Source: an uncultured Acidobacteriota bacterium
Lineage (GTDB): Bacteria; Acidobacteriota; Terriglobia; Acidiferrales; UBA7541
Direction of reading: 5' to 3'
Assembly: GCA_963803635.1 (NCBI GenBank)
Contig: CAWDNJ010000001.1
Span: 344,668-408,667, forward strand
DNA: 64,000 bases
This document shows, piece after piece, positions 24,788 to 36,218 of the stretch. The notes under the pieces are model-generated. The model did no database searches. It had not been told where the DNA came from and worked only from the letters and a program-made list of their open reading frames with translations. Both the position numbers and the translations under genes were made by a program. The first letter of the stretch is position 1. Every line of letters starts with the position of its first letter.

Positions 24788-25561
24788 ATGGCCGATTCCC
24801 CAGCACCGAAGAGTTCCCAGACCCGAGTGCTCGCCGTAATCCCCGCGCGGCATGGGTCGACGCGCTTCCCCGGGAAGGCGCTTGCGCCCATCGCCGGGAA
24901 GCCGATGATTCAGCATGTGGTCGAGCGGATACGCGGCGCGCGGCTGGTTTCGGATGTGCTGGTCGCCACGGATGACGCCCGGATCAAGAGGGCTGTCGAA
25001 GACTTTGGCGGCCAGGCCATGATGACGCGGATGGATCATCGTACCGGTACGGATCGGCTGGCCGAAGTGGCCATCCACCGCGAGGCCGATATTTACGTCA
25101 ACGTGCAGGGCGACGAGCCGCTGATTGATCCCGGGACGATCGATGCGGTTGCTGCTGCGATGATCGAGGACGAGTCCATCCGAATCGCGACGGCATGCGC
25201 GGCGATCACGCAGAAGAACGACATCATGGACCCGCACGTCACCAAAGTCGTGCGCGATTTCGACGGCAACGCCCTCTATTTTTCGCATGCGCCGATTCCT
25301 TGGGTGCGCGAGAGTTCCGAACATGTTGCCGTTTGTCACTGGAAGCACCTCGGCCTGTATGGGTTTCGCCGGGACGCGCTACTAGAATTCCCTACCCTGC
25401 CTCCCGGAGACCTCGAACGGGCGGAGCAACTCGAGCAGCTCCGCTGGCTTGAGAATGGGTTTCGCATCGAGGTGGTGGAAACGGAGTACGACGCGGTTAG
25501 CGTTGATGTGCCCGCGGACATCGAGCGGGTCGAGAAGCTGCTTCGCGAAGGCGCGGCGTGA
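24788..25561 (+). CDS. kdsB: 3-deoxy-manno-octulosonate cytidylyltransferase (CMP-KDO synthetase)
   Basis: Motifs are VLAVIPARHGSTRFPGKALAPIAGKPMIQHV, TGTDRLAEV and NVQGDEPLIDP. Confidence 0.9.
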   Translation: MADSPAPKSSQTRVLAVIPARHGSTRFPGKALAPIAGKPMIQHVVERIRGARLVSDVLVATDDARIKRAVEDFGGQAMMTRMDHRTGTDRLAEVAIHREADIYVNVQGDEPLIDPGTIDAVAAAMIEDESIRIATACAAITQKNDIMDPHVTKVVRDFDGNALYFSHAPIPWVRESSEHVAVCHWKHLGLYGFRRDALLEFPTLPPGDLERAEQLEQLRWLENGFRIEVVETEYDAVSVDVPADIERVEKLLREGAA

Positions 25562-26664
25562 GCCGTATGAAGGCTCGGCGGCTCGTGCCGAAGTTGGTGC
25601 GCTGGCCCGCTTTCGCGGCTTCCCTCCTGCTCGGGCTGATTTGCTTTTCTCCGAGTGCAGCGGCGCAAGATTCGGTCCCCATTACTTCCTCGGATAATCT
25701 CTTCGACTTTCACAGCGGCTTCTGGATCAACCTGCATCACTTCCTCTACGAGCAGGCCGCCATCGCGACGGCCGGACCGAAGGGCACCCCGCACGAGGCG
25801 GAATTGTCGACGGATGCGAGCATCGCCGCGGGGCTTTCCGAAGACGACTCGAAGACATGGTCGGACGCGCTGGTCTACTACCGCGCGAAGATGCTGAACC
25901 ACGATCTCGCGTCGGACGAGGACCTGGTGAAGATCAAGAATCGCCTGGAAGACATGGAGGACGCGACCTCGGTCAATCGGAGCGACCTCGATCCGAAGCT
26001 GATCGCCGTCCTCGACGAGGCCGCGCCGATTTATCGCGCCCACTGGTGGTTTCTGCACGACAAGACGAATCAGGCGTGGATTGCGGCGGTGATGCCGCTC
26101 GTCGACAAGCAAGGGTCGGTGCTGGCGCAGCAGATCGCGATGGCGTTTGAAACTCAGTGGCCCGATCGCCCGCTGCGCGTGGACGTGGTCGCCTACGCCA
26201 ACTACGCCGGATCGTACACCACGCTCGATCCCGCGCGGATCACGATATCCAGCATCGACGGTGGGAATCAAGGGACCGCCGCGCTCGAAGTGCTGTTTCA
26301 TGCGGCGTCGGCCGTGATGATCGACGCGATTTCTACGACCGTCAAACAGGCCTATGAAAGGGCGAAGAGAGATCCTCCCCCGGAGATTACGCAGATGATT
26401 TTGTGGTTTACGTCGGGCTTTCTAGTGCAACAACTGTATCCGAACTACACGATGTACGCGGACCGCTTTGCGCTATGGACGGAGAATTCGCAAACGGGCT
26501 ATCGCGCAGCGCTGGCGAGGGATTGGCAGCCGCGACTGGAGGGCAAATTGACGCTGGATGCGGCGCTTGCTCGCCTCGCGGCAAGCTTTTCGGTGGCCGC
26601 GGCGCCGGAAAAGAAGAGCACGTCGCCAGCCTCACCAGGTGCGATGCCTTCCAACGAACTCTGA
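25558..26664 (+). CDS. Hypothetical secreted protein (368 aa)
   Basis: The GTG at 25558 overlaps the kdsB stop, and an alternative ATG lies at 25567. It has a signal peptide (WPAFAASLLLGLICFSPSAAAQ). No family was recognised (FHSGFWINLHHFLYEQA, HWWFLHDKTN). Confidence 0.65.
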   Translation: MSRMKARRLVPKLVRWPAFAASLLLGLICFSPSAAAQDSVPITSSDNLFDFHSGFWINLHHFLYEQAAIATAGPKGTPHEAELSTDASIAAGLSEDDSKTWSDALVYYRAKMLNHDLASDEDLVKIKNRLEDMEDATSVNRSDLDPKLIAVLDEAAPIYRAHWWFLHDKTNQAWIAAVMPLVDKQGSVLAQQIAMAFETQWPDRPLRVDVVAYANYAGSYTTLDPARITISSIDGGNQGTAALEVLFHAASAVMIDAISTTVKQAYERAKRDPPPEITQMILWFTSGFLVQQLYPNYTMYADRFALWTENSQTGYRAALARDWQPRLEGKLTLDAALARLAASFSVAAAPEKKSTSPASPGAMPSNEL

Positions 26665-26666
26665 AA

Positions 26667-27491
26667 TTACCGCAAACGGAACATCACCTGTATATGCGTC
26701 CTGATCGAAACCGTCTGCCCGTTCAAGTAAGTCGGCTGGTACTTCCACTTGGCAACCGCATCGAGCGCCGCGGAAACCAGCAGAGGAGGCCCCTCGATCA
26801 CTTTGGCCTCCACAACATCACCCTGCTCGTCGATGATCGCGTCGATGACGACGAGCCCCTCGACGTGGGCCGCCCTCGCCACCGCCGGATAGTGCGGATC
26901 GGGAGTCGAAATCGGCACGGGAGGCTTCACGTCGCCACCGACGCGCACAATTCTTCGCTCCGGCGGCGGAGGTGGCGGAATGGTCTTCACGTTATCCGTG
27001 ACTCCGCCGATAATGCCGCCGAGCACGCCGCCGGGTACTCCGCCCACCACGCCGCTGACGCCCGCACCGAGATCGGGCGCTTGGTCAGCTACGATTTTGA
27101 TCTTTGCCGGGATCACCGCCGGCGCCGTCAACTTGGTGATATCGAGCACCCGCGCCATCGGCCGGGCGATTTTCAATGGTTGCGCCGCTGGGGGAGGCGG
27201 TGCGGCAGGCGGCCTCGGCGCGACCAGAAACACGGCCTCGAAGCTGTGCACGTCGAGCACCTGCGTGAAGAGGAGCGGCGCGAGTACTACGGCGCCTACG
27301 ATAATGATATGAATGACTAGAGAAAGAACCAACTCGGCAGGATTCCGTGTGTCGCGTAGCGTCGGCATATCCAGCATGCCGCGCACGAAGGTTGCTTGCG
27401 CCTCCGCGGTCGTTCGGGAAGGCGCCACCGCAGCAACCGCGTGGCCCTCCCACACCGCCTCGTCGAAGACCCCGATATTCGCGCTGTGCAT
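26667..27491 (-). CDS. Energy transducer TonB-like protein
   Basis: I prefer the ATG at 27491 (GGGAGG 6 nt upstream). It has a TM anchor, a Pro-rich spacer (PPAAPPPPAAQP, PPPPPPE), and a TonB C-terminal domain (PDPHYPAVARAAHVEGLVVIDAIIDEQGDVVEAKVIEG...KWKYQP). Confidence 0.85.
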   Translation of the reverse strand: MHSANIGVFDEAVWEGHAVAAVAPSRTTAEAQATFVRGMLDMPTLRDTRNPAELVLSLVIHIIIVGAVVLAPLLFTQVLDVHSFEAVFLVAPRPPAAPPPPAAQPLKIARPMARVLDITKLTAPAVIPAKIKIVADQAPDLGAGVSGVVGGVPGGVLGGIIGGVTDNVKTIPPPPPPERRIVRVGGDVKPPVPISTPDPHYPAVARAAHVEGLVVIDAIIDEQGDVVEAKVIEGPPLLVSAALDAVAKWKYQPTYLNGQTVSIRTHIQVMFRLR

Positions 27492-27719
27492 TGCGTGCCT
27501 CCCTTCCCCCGTCCCATCGAGGAGTTGCCGCAATGCTCTTATAGCTTGTTGGGCGCAAAGGGGATGTGGCGCGAATCACTCGGCCATGTGACGGGCGTCA
27601 CACGCTGGCGCAAAACCGGAGAGAATGTGCAATTCCGGGGTGTTGGGATGGTTTCGCGTGGCTATGTGAGCAGCGTTTTGGCAAAATCGAGCGCGATTTA
27701 CGCGAGTACGGAGAGGCGC

Positions 27720-29585
27720 ATGAACAAGTTGCTTTCCGCCAAGCGTTTCGGGGTGTTGTTGGCCGCGACGGCGGCAGCTGCGTCGATCGCCGTTGCGCAG
27801 GAGGCGTCCGCGCCTCCGATGACGCTCGTGGTGGACGAAACGCAGGCGGCGCGGCAGATCGCCTTCGTGCACGAGGAGATTGCGGTGCGGCCCGGCACGC
27901 TGACGCTCGCCTATCCGCGCTGGATCCCGGGTGAACACGGGCCAACCGGTCCGATCGCGAATTTCGCCGCGCTGCAGATTCACTCCGGAAACGCGGTGCT
28001 GCCGTGGACGCGCGATCCTGAAGACATTTTCAACTTTCATGTGGAGATTCCGGCGGGGACGGAGCGGATCACGGTTGACTTCGATTCCCTTCTCGAAAGC
28101 ACGATATCGGATCACCAACTGCTGCTCGCGTGGAATACGGCTGTCCTCTACCCGCTCGGCATCGACAAGCGCGAGCTGATGATTCAGCCTTCGATTCTGT
28201 TGCCTGCAAACTGGAAACAAGGGAGTTCGCTGCATGTGACCAGTGAGAGCGGCGACCGTGTGAATTTCGCGCCGCTGTCGCTCGAGCGCCTGATCGATTC
28301 GCCCGTGCTGGCGGGAGAATTCTTCCGCGAGGCGCCGCTCGCGTCGACCTGGCCGGCCGAGCTCGATATCACCGGCGATACGCAGGCAGCTGTCGACGAT
28401 GCGAATGATGCACACGCCTTCGAGCTGTTCGGGAAGCTGATCGATCAGGATCGAGCCATGTTCGGCTTCCGGCACTGGGAGAAGATCCACATTCTCGTCT
28501 CGCAGCACGCGCGCGACTTCGACGGGCTCGAGCACGAGGACTCGCCGTGGAACCTTGTCGGCGATGCGGGCCTCTCGAAGAAAAGCGAGTTGGAACGATT
28601 CGGCTGGGTGCTTCTTGCCCACGAACAATCGCACTCGTGGGACGGCAAGTACCGGCGTCCTGCGGAGTTGTACTCGAAGCCCGACTATCAGGGCCCCGAG
28701 CGGACGTCGCTGCTCTGGGTATACGAAGGTCTGAACGAATACATCGGGATGCTGCTTGCCACGCGCGCCGGATTCAATGATGACGCGTACATGCGGGACT
28801 ATCTGGCGCAGACGACTGCGATGTCCGCGCAGGAGCCTGGCCGCGATACCTCGCCGCTGGTCGACACCGCGACCCAGGATTGGGTGCTGCGCGACGTTTT
28901 TGACGGGTGGAATTCCCTGCGCCGCAGCCAGGACTACTACGACGAGGGCGCTCTCATGTGGCTGCGTGCGGATGTCCTGATCCGCGAACAATCGCACGGC
29001 CAGCATTCGCTCGACGATTTCCTGCGCAGCTTCCTGGGCCAGCGCGACACCGGGCCGATCGTGGCTCCCTACACGCGTGAGGACGTCGAGGCGGCGCTAT
29101 CGGCCGTGTGGCCTTACGACTGGCATAAATTCATCGAGACGCAAATCTACAAAGTGAGTAGCAAGCCGCCGACGGGCGGACTTGAGGCCGCGGGTTGGCG
29201 GCTCGTATACAACGATGCGCCCAATAATAAACGTTTCGACGCTGACATCGTTCCGATCGAGTATTTCGCGGAGCATTCAATCGGAATCGACGTGAACAAA
29301 GACGGATCGATCTTCGATGTCTGGCCGGGGACGCCGGCATACGACGCGGGCCTCGGACCGCACATGACGATCCTCGCGGTGGACGGCCGCGCGTATTCCG
29401 CCGACGTGCTGAACGATGCGATCGCGCATCCGCCAAACGGCATAATCACTCTACTCGAACGCAACTTCGATTCGGTGGCAACCTATGAAATCCGCTACGC
29501 CGGAGGCATACGCCACCCGCATCTGGAGCGAATCCCGGGCACGCATGACTACCTGAGCGACATTCTCGCGCCTCGCAGTCAATAA
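27720..29585 (+). CDS. M61 family metallopeptidase with C-terminal PDZ-like domain
   Basis: ATG at 27720 with signal peptide MNKLLSAKRFGVLLAATAAAASIAVAQ. It has the HEQSHSW zinc motif with a downstream YEGLNEY, and a PDZ-like tail (VWPGTPAYDAGLGPHMTILAVDG). Confidence 0.85.
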   Translation: MNKLLSAKRFGVLLAATAAAASIAVAQEASAPPMTLVVDETQAARQIAFVHEEIAVRPGTLTLAYPRWIPGEHGPTGPIANFAALQIHSGNAVLPWTRDPEDIFNFHVEIPAGTERITVDFDSLLESTISDHQLLLAWNTAVLYPLGIDKRELMIQPSILLPANWKQGSSLHVTSESGDRVNFAPLSLERLIDSPVLAGEFFREAPLASTWPAELDITGDTQAAVDDANDAHAFELFGKLIDQDRAMFGFRHWEKIHILVSQHARDFDGLEHEDSPWNLVGDAGLSKKSELERFGWVLLAHEQSHSWDGKYRRPAELYSKPDYQGPERTSLLWVYEGLNEYIGMLLATRAGFNDDAYMRDYLAQTTAMSAQEPGRDTSPLVDTATQDWVLRDVFDGWNSLRRSQDYYDEGALMWLRADVLIREQSHGQHSLDDFLRSFLGQRDTGPIVAPYTREDVEAALSAVWPYDWHKFIETQIYKVSSKPPTGGLEAAGWRLVYNDAPNNKRFDADIVPIEYFAEHSIGIDVNKDGSIFDVWPGTPAYDAGLGPHMTILAVDGRAYSADVLNDAIAHPPNGIITLLERNFDSVATYEIRYAGGIRHPHLERIPGTHDYLSDILAPRSQ

Positions 29586-29616
29586 GGCGCTATGGCCTGC
29601 TGCGGGCGCGGGCAGA

Positions 29617-30888
29617 TTACTTCGGCCTAGGATGGGCCAGCGCTTGCGCCACTCCCAGCAGCGCGTAGCCACGCTGCTGATCGTCAATCGGGAGTGACCG
29701 CGCCCAGTTGAGCGCAACGCGCGGCTGCCCCTTGAGCGTCCACGCCCAGGCGATTCTCTGCATGCAACCTGCACAATAGTCCGATTTGCCGCTGATCTGC
29801 CGGGCCGAGTCGAGGAGGCGCAGTACGTTGGCAGCGTCGCGGTTTTTGGCGGCTGCGTCGGACATCCTGACTAATCCAAGGATCACATCCGCTTTGTCCG
29901 TGCTCTTGCGCAACTCTCGCTCTGCTTCGGCAGGGTCGGTCGCGAATTGCTTCATCGCGATATCCGAATAGCGGCAATTGTTTTGTTCGGTCAAGCCGTA
30001 GGCTTCCGCAAACTTCCCGGCATTCCCATCCATCCATGCGGTGTCGCACGGAGTCATCTGCAGCGTGCGGACTTCGATGTGGGGCGAGAGGCTGGTTCGA
30101 GCCGCTTCCACAAAGTCCGCGGCGAGTTTTCTGTCCGACATGTGTGAAGCGAGCTCGTGCAATCGCTGCGGCTCCCCTCGGTCGTGCAGCGCATAGCCCA
30201 CATCATAGAAAAGATTCCACGCCGAGCGCTCGTTGACCTGTTCGGCGGTTTTGAGAGCGCCATCGAGATCGCCATTCCTGATTTGGAAGTCTCCAAATTC
30301 TTCCATCACTTCGTTGGTATCGGCGGGTGACGTGACGGTGTCGAGGGCGCCGCGCAGGTCGCCTCGATCAATCTGGATTCTGGCAATGTCTCTGGTTGCC
30401 TTGGGTCCCAAGGGGCCTAAGGCCGAGCCGCTGAGCTCCTTGATCATTTGCTTGGCGCCTTGAATATCGCCATTTTCAGCGCGGACCTCGATCAGTTTCT
30501 CGGTCAACCCGGAAAGCTCATACGCTTGATTCCGGAGCGGGAGGATCGAGGCGGTCAAGCGCGCCGTGACCAATGCGTCGTCGTAATATCCCTGGGCAGC
30601 CTGCTGCGCGAATATCTGGTCGAGCGGGCCTCGATCGCGAGCGGCTTCACGGAGCAGGTCCTGCGGCGATACCACAACATGGAGACTTCGCAGGGACAGA
30701 GCCAGCGAAGCTCCGACTGCTCCACAGAGAATAATGATGGATGCAAGCCTGCGGCTCACTCGGGTCTCCCAGCGACGGCGAATACCTGTATTGTAGGCCC
30801 GCGTTATCACGAAAGTGGTTTTTCGTTCTGGCGATTGGTCGATTCGATCATCCGAGATCGAGCCGCGGCGCGATGTGGGAGCCGACAA
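29617..30888 (-). CDS. Hypothetical anchored protein with helical repeat (TPR/GDLxGA-like) architecture
   Basis: 423 aa with a TM anchor (LASIIILCGAVGASLALSL). Recurrent NGDIQGAKQ / RGDLRGALD / NGDLDGALK helical-repeat signatures are present. The start codon is uncertain. Confidence 0.6.
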   Translation of the reverse strand: MSAPTSRRGSISDDRIDQSPERKTTFVITRAYNTGIRRRWETRVSRRLASIIILCGAVGASLALSLRSLHVVVSPQDLLREAARDRGPLDQIFAQQAAQGYYDDALVTARLTASILPLRNQAYELSGLTEKLIEVRAENGDIQGAKQMIKELSGSALGPLGPKATRDIARIQIDRGDLRGALDTVTSPADTNEVMEEFGDFQIRNGDLDGALKTAEQVNERSAWNLFYDVGYALHDRGEPQRLHELASHMSDRKLAADFVEAARTSLSPHIEVRTLQMTPCDTAWMDGNAGKFAEAYGLTEQNNCRYSDIAMKQFATDPAEAERELRKSTDKADVILGLVRMSDAAAKNRDAANVLRLLDSARQISGKSDYCAGCMQRIAWAWTLKGQPRVALNWARSLPIDDQQRGYALLGVAQALAHPRPK

Positions 30889-31020
30889 TCGGTTTGCAAA
30901 TCAGCGGCTGATGCCGCATGATGTTTTACTTCGATCCAACTGGCCCGTCGCAGGGCCGGCGCATCGCGCCGGGTTACGCGAGCGCCAATTTCACCGCAAG
31001 AATATAAAGGGGGACGTTGC

Positions 31021-32334
<1,314 letters not shown>

Positions 32335-32362
32335 TCGGCGCCTCGCCGGAAATTCCCATGGT

Positions 32363-33535
32363 TTAGTCGGCCGCGCGGAGGACCGAGGCGAGGAAGCGGA
32401 CCAGCCGAACCTGCGCGAGCCAGCCTGAATGCTTCTGCGGGTCGACGTGCGAGAAGACTTCGCTAATCAGTACCGCGCGCAAATCCTGTTTCGGAATATC
32501 CTTTTCGAGGAATAAGCTCTCGGCGGCCGGGATGACGTTGTCCGCCGCGCCGTGCAGGATGAACACCGGCACGCGGAGCCCCGCGATATGGCCGTGCGGC
32601 GATAGCGCCGCTAACTCGGGTGCATCCGCTGCGATGGCCGCCAGCATTTGCGGCCGAACGCTTTCGATGCGATCGTCGATCAGCGCATTCATGATCGCGC
32701 GGGAGGGCTCGCTCAAGCGAGCGATCCACGGCCGCGCTTTTTCCGGGTGCTCCCATAGCCACTCGCGCAGCGCTTCGTGCGCCGCAGGCAAGTCCGCCGC
32801 CGGGAAAAACTGCGCGAGATGCGCGTAGACGAAAACCGAAGGGCCGTAGTCGTCCGCAACATATGGAATCGAACGCCCGCCCGGAAATTCCTCTTCATTT
32901 GTGGCCAGAAACCGCGAGACACGCGCGAGATCGTCATAAGGGCCAATCAGTACCAGCGCGCGAATGTGCGGCGCGTATTGCGGATCGCAGGCCGCGAACA
33001 GCGAAAGGCCGCCCGCGAAGCTGATGCCCGTCACCGTGACGGGGCCGGTTCCAAGCCGCTGCTGCAGCCAGCGGGCGGATTCGCCGATTTTCGGGATCGA
33101 GGAGGCGTCCACGTGATAATCCGCCAGCGCGTCCATTTGCGGCGTCAGCACGGCGAGCCCGCTGCTCGCGATCGCGCGCGCGAATGTGATCAGGCGCGGC
33201 TCTTCGATGCCGAGGTAATGGATTCCGGGCACGACGACCATACCGTGCGGATGCGCGACGCCTGCGGGCAAGTACAAGCGCCCGCGCACGGGACCGGACG
33301 GGGCGGGGATGCTGACGTCCTGCGTCGTCACCGAGCGCGTTTCAAAACGCAGCAGCGGACCCGAGGCTTGCGGATCGATGACGTGGGTCAATACGGCGTA
33401 GCTGCGGAGATCGTAGCGAAGATGGTAGACGGCGAGGCCCGCTAGCAGCACGACGATCGCTATCGCGGGCGGCCATAGCGAGCGGCGCTTGCCGGGCGCG
33501 CCTTGGGCGTTCTGCCGCGATGTGATCGCAGGCAT
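32363..33535 (-). CDS. Membrane-anchored alpha/beta-hydrolase-fold protein
   Basis: 390 aa with a TM anchor (LWPPAIAIVVLLAGLAVYHL). It has a nucleophile-elbow-like VTGISFAGGLS and the late motifs ILHGAADNVIP and FSHVD. Confidence 0.7.
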   Translation of the reverse strand: MPAITSRQNAQGAPGKRRSLWPPAIAIVVLLAGLAVYHLRYDLRSYAVLTHVIDPQASGPLLRFETRSVTTQDVSIPAPSGPVRGRLYLPAGVAHPHGMVVVPGIHYLGIEEPRLITFARAIASSGLAVLTPQMDALADYHVDASSIPKIGESARWLQQRLGTGPVTVTGISFAGGLSLFAACDPQYAPHIRALVLIGPYDDLARVSRFLATNEEEFPGGRSIPYVADDYGPSVFVYAHLAQFFPAADLPAAHEALREWLWEHPEKARPWIARLSEPSRAIMNALIDDRIESVRPQMLAAIAADAPELAALSPHGHIAGLRVPVFILHGAADNVIPAAESLFLEKDIPKQDLRAVLISEVFSHVDPQKHSGWLAQVRLVRFLASVLRAAD

Positions 33536-33594
33536 CGAAGTGCGCGCAGTCTATCACCGCGCCATCGCTTTCCGGAACCTGCTGGATTCTCTTC

Positions 33595-34038
33595 TCACTG
33601 AATGCCCGACGACGCGTTTTCTTTGAGGGCGGCGTCCGCTTCCTTTGTGAGGTCAGCGCAAATCGCGCCTAGCCCTGACGGGCATTGTCTTTTTGCATTT
33701 GCCCTGATCTTCTTGAGGTCCTTGATGTCAAGCGTGGCATCGACATGTCTGAGGACAAAGCGACGAAAGCGAGCGTCTTTTGCCGCAAGATTGGCCATTC
33801 GGAGCAATGTGTTCCAGCGGTCGACAAGAATGCGAGCGACAGACTCGCTGTAACCCTCAGCGACGGCGCCATCGTCACATTTTCCGTATAGCTTGTATGA
33901 CTTGTAGAGGGCATCCCAACTGCGGAGTGTGCCCGCTTGCGCTTCCGCCCGCTGCTCCTCAACGGCGCTACAGCGGCTCTCTTGAGCAGCCGGGGTTGTG
34001 ATTCCCAACAACAAAAGAATAACCGCAAGTCTGCACAT
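33595..34038 (-). CDS. Hypothetical small secreted Cys-containing protein (lower GC)
   Basis: I prefer the ATG at 34038 (MCRLAVILLLLGITTPAAQ), 5 nt after the pdxT stop. It has four further Cys residues. No family was recognised. Confidence 0.55.
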   Translation of the reverse strand: MCRLAVILLLLGITTPAAQESRCSAVEEQRAEAQAGTLRSWDALYKSYKLYGKCDDGAVAEGYSESVARILVDRWNTLLRMANLAAKDARFRRFVLRHVDATLDIKDLKKIRANAKRQCPSGLGAICADLTKEADAALKENASSGIQ

Positions 34039-34042
34039 CTGG

Positions 34043-34642
34043 TCATCCCCCCGCTGTGCCCCGAGCGCCATTGAGCTGGCGAAGGAAATATTCGTGGACC
34101 GTGGTGTCCGTGGTGAGTTCGGGGTGAAATGTCGCGGCGAGAATTCGGCCTTGCTGCACGAGGACCGGATGGCCGGCATCCTCGGCGAGGACTTCCACTT
34201 CTTTGCCGATCGATTCGATGATGGGCGCGCGGATGAAAACCATTTCGAGCGGCTCCTTGCGGAGTTTGGTGGCGCTCATGTGGACGTCGCTCGCGAGCTG
34301 GCGGCCGTAGCCATTGCGGAGGATCGCGATATCGAGCACGGCGAGCGAATCTTGCGCGGGGCCGTGGACGTCGCGCGCAAGCAGGATCGCGCCCGCGCAG
34401 GTGCCGAAGAATGCGCCGCTATTTTTCGCGAACTGCTTCAGCGCGTCGAAGAGGCCTTCCTCGCGCATTACTTTTAGGTGCGTGGTGCTCTCGCCGCCGG
34501 GGAGGATCACGCCGCCGAGCCCCGCGAGGTCGCCGGGGACGCGGACGTACGTGTGCGCGACGCCGAGGCGCTCGAGAACTTTGCCATGCGCCTCGTAATC
34601 GCCTTGGATCGCTACGATTCCGATTTTTGGTTCGCTCGTCAT
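34043..34642 (-). CDS. pdxT: Pyridoxal 5-phosphate synthase glutaminase subunit
   Basis: The N-terminal IGIVAIQGDYEAH, GGESTT, the active-site FGTCAGAILL and the FHPE motif are all present. Confidence 0.92.
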   Translation of the reverse strand: MTSEPKIGIVAIQGDYEAHGKVLERLGVAHTYVRVPGDLAGLGGVILPGGESTTHLKVMREEGLFDALKQFAKNSGAFFGTCAGAILLARDVHGPAQDSLAVLDIAILRNGYGRQLASDVHMSATKLRKEPLEMVFIRAPIIESIGKEVEVLAEDAGHPVLVQQGRILAATFHPELTTDTTVHEYFLRQLNGARGTAGG

Positions 34643-34647
34643 TTCAT

Positions 34648-34747
34648 GTGCAAGTCACAGCTAAACACAGAGAACACTGAGGACGGCCACAGAGTCCACA
34701 GAGAAACCCAAGAGTTCACCGCTGAGACGCAGACGACGCGGAGAATT
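34648..34747 (+). repeat. REP-like element, family B, inserted between pdxS and pdxT
   Basis: The sequence is gtgcaagtcacagctaaacacagagaacactgaggacggccacagagtccacagagaaaccc...gctgagacgcagacgacgcggag. The head is shared with 20774-20848 and 55901-55925. Confidence 0.8.
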
Positions 34748-34776
34748 CGTGCCTTCTCTCGCCACTAGCCACTGCT

Positions 34777-35667
34777 TTACCAGCCCCGCGTCTGCAGCAT
34801 ATCCTTTTCTTCGAGCTGGCGGACATCGAGGCCCTTCATCGCTTCGCCGAGTTCTTCGGAGGCTTCGAGGACGATTTTCGGGTCCTTGTAATGCGTGGTG
34901 GCTTTCACGATGGCGCGGGCGCGCTGCGCTGGATCTGCGGACTTGAAGATGCCCGAGCCGACGAAGACTGCTTCGGCGCCGAGCTGCATCACGAGCGCCG
35001 CGTCCGCGGGAGTCGCGATGCCGCCCGCCGAGAAATTCGGGACGGGCAGCTTGCCGTGCTTGGACACCCACTCGACCAACTCGAATGGCGCGCCGAGTTC
35101 TTTCGCCTCGTGCACGAGCTCTTCCTGGCCGAGCGTGGTGAGCCTCCGCATGCCGCCGACGATCGCGCGCATGTGGCGCACCGCTTCGACGATGTTGCCC
35201 GAGCCGGCCTCGCCCTTGGTGCGGATCATGGCCGCGCCTTCGGCGATGCGTCGCAGCGCTTCGCCGAGATTTCGCGCGCCGCACACGAATGGCACCTTGA
35301 AGCCGTGCTTCCACACGTGGTGCTCTTCGTCCGCGGGCGTGAGGACTTCGCTCTCGTCGATGTAGTCGACTTCGAGCGCTTCGAGCACTTGCGCCTCGGC
35401 GAAATGGCCGATGCGGACTTTGGCCATCACGGGAATCGACACCGTATCCATGATTTCGCGGATTACGCGCGGCGCTGCCATGCGGGCCACGCCGCCTTCC
35501 TTGCGGATGTCCGAGGGGACGCGCTCGAGCGCCATCACCGAACACGCCCCCGCCTCTTCGGCGATTTTGGCTTGCTCGGCGTTGGTCACGTCCATGATCA
35601 CGCCGCCCTTCAGCATCTCGGCCAGTCCCACTTTCACGCGCCACAAGCTGTTGTTCATCAAGTCCAT
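34777..35667 (-). CDS. pdxS: Pyridoxal 5-phosphate synthase lyase subunit
   Basis: ATG at 35667 (AGGGGAG upstream). The product begins [63 protein letters not shown], the canonical PdxS N-terminus. Confidence 0.92.
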   Translation of the reverse strand: MDLMNNSLWRVKVGLAEMLKGGVIMDVTNAEQAKIAEEAGACSVMALERVPSDIRKEGGVARMAAPRVIREIMDTVSIPVMAKVRIGHFAEAQVLEALEVDYIDESEVLTPADEEHHVWKHGFKVPFVCGARNLGEALRRIAEGAAMIRTKGEAGSGNIVEAVRHMRAIVGGMRRLTTLGQEELVHEAKELGAPFELVEWVSKHGKLPVPNFSAGGIATPADAALVMQLGAEAVFVGSGIFKSADPAQRARAIVKATTHYKDPKIVLEASEELGEAMKGLDVRQLEEKDMLQTRGW

Positions 35668-35731
35668 TTCTCGCTCCCCTTTTCGTTCTGTGCCCCTCGG
35701 CTGTAGCAAAACGCCGAAGGCTTTCGATTCC

Positions 35732-36184
35732 TCAGTGTTTAGCCGGTTCCTTGGCGCCAAGCTTTCGCCGAAGCGCTTCCACATCGATTTGGACGAAGCG
35801 CCCTTTGCCGCGAGCGAGAAGGGCGCCCGAAGCGTCGCGAATCTCGCCCTGCCGAAGCAGGTTGCGCCCGTTCCGCTCGACTTCCCATCCTTCGACGAGC
35901 AAATCTCGATCAACCGGCACGGGCTTCACGTATTCAACCGTCAACTCGCCCGTCACCGCGTGATCGCCCTCGAAGCGGCTCACCTTGGCCATCACCTCAT
36001 CGAGCAGCGTTGCCACGATGCCGCCGTGAACGAAGCCCGTGCCGCCCTGATAGTCGGCGCTGAGCCGAAAGGAGCCGCGGATTCGCCGCGCCTCGTCGTC
36101 CTGCTCGAACGTGAGCTGCATGCCGCGCGCGTTGGCGCCGCCGCAGCCGAAGCAGTGGTTCGTCGGGTTCGGCTTCAGCAGCAC
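35732..36184 (-). CDS. PaaI/hotdog-fold thioesterase
   Basis: 150 aa. It has [18 protein letters not shown] and [17 protein letters not shown] motifs. Confidence 0.8.
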   Translation of the reverse strand: MLLKPNPTNHCFGCGGANARGMQLTFEQDDEARRIRGSFRLSADYQGGTGFVHGGIVATLLDEVMAKVSRFEGDHAVTGELTVEYVKPVPVDRDLLVEGWEVERNGRNLLRQGEIRDASGALLARGKGRFVQIDVEALRRKLGAKEPAKH

Positions 36185-36218
36185 CGGCGCGCCTGCCCTT
36201 TTCTCGTGCGTGCGGCGC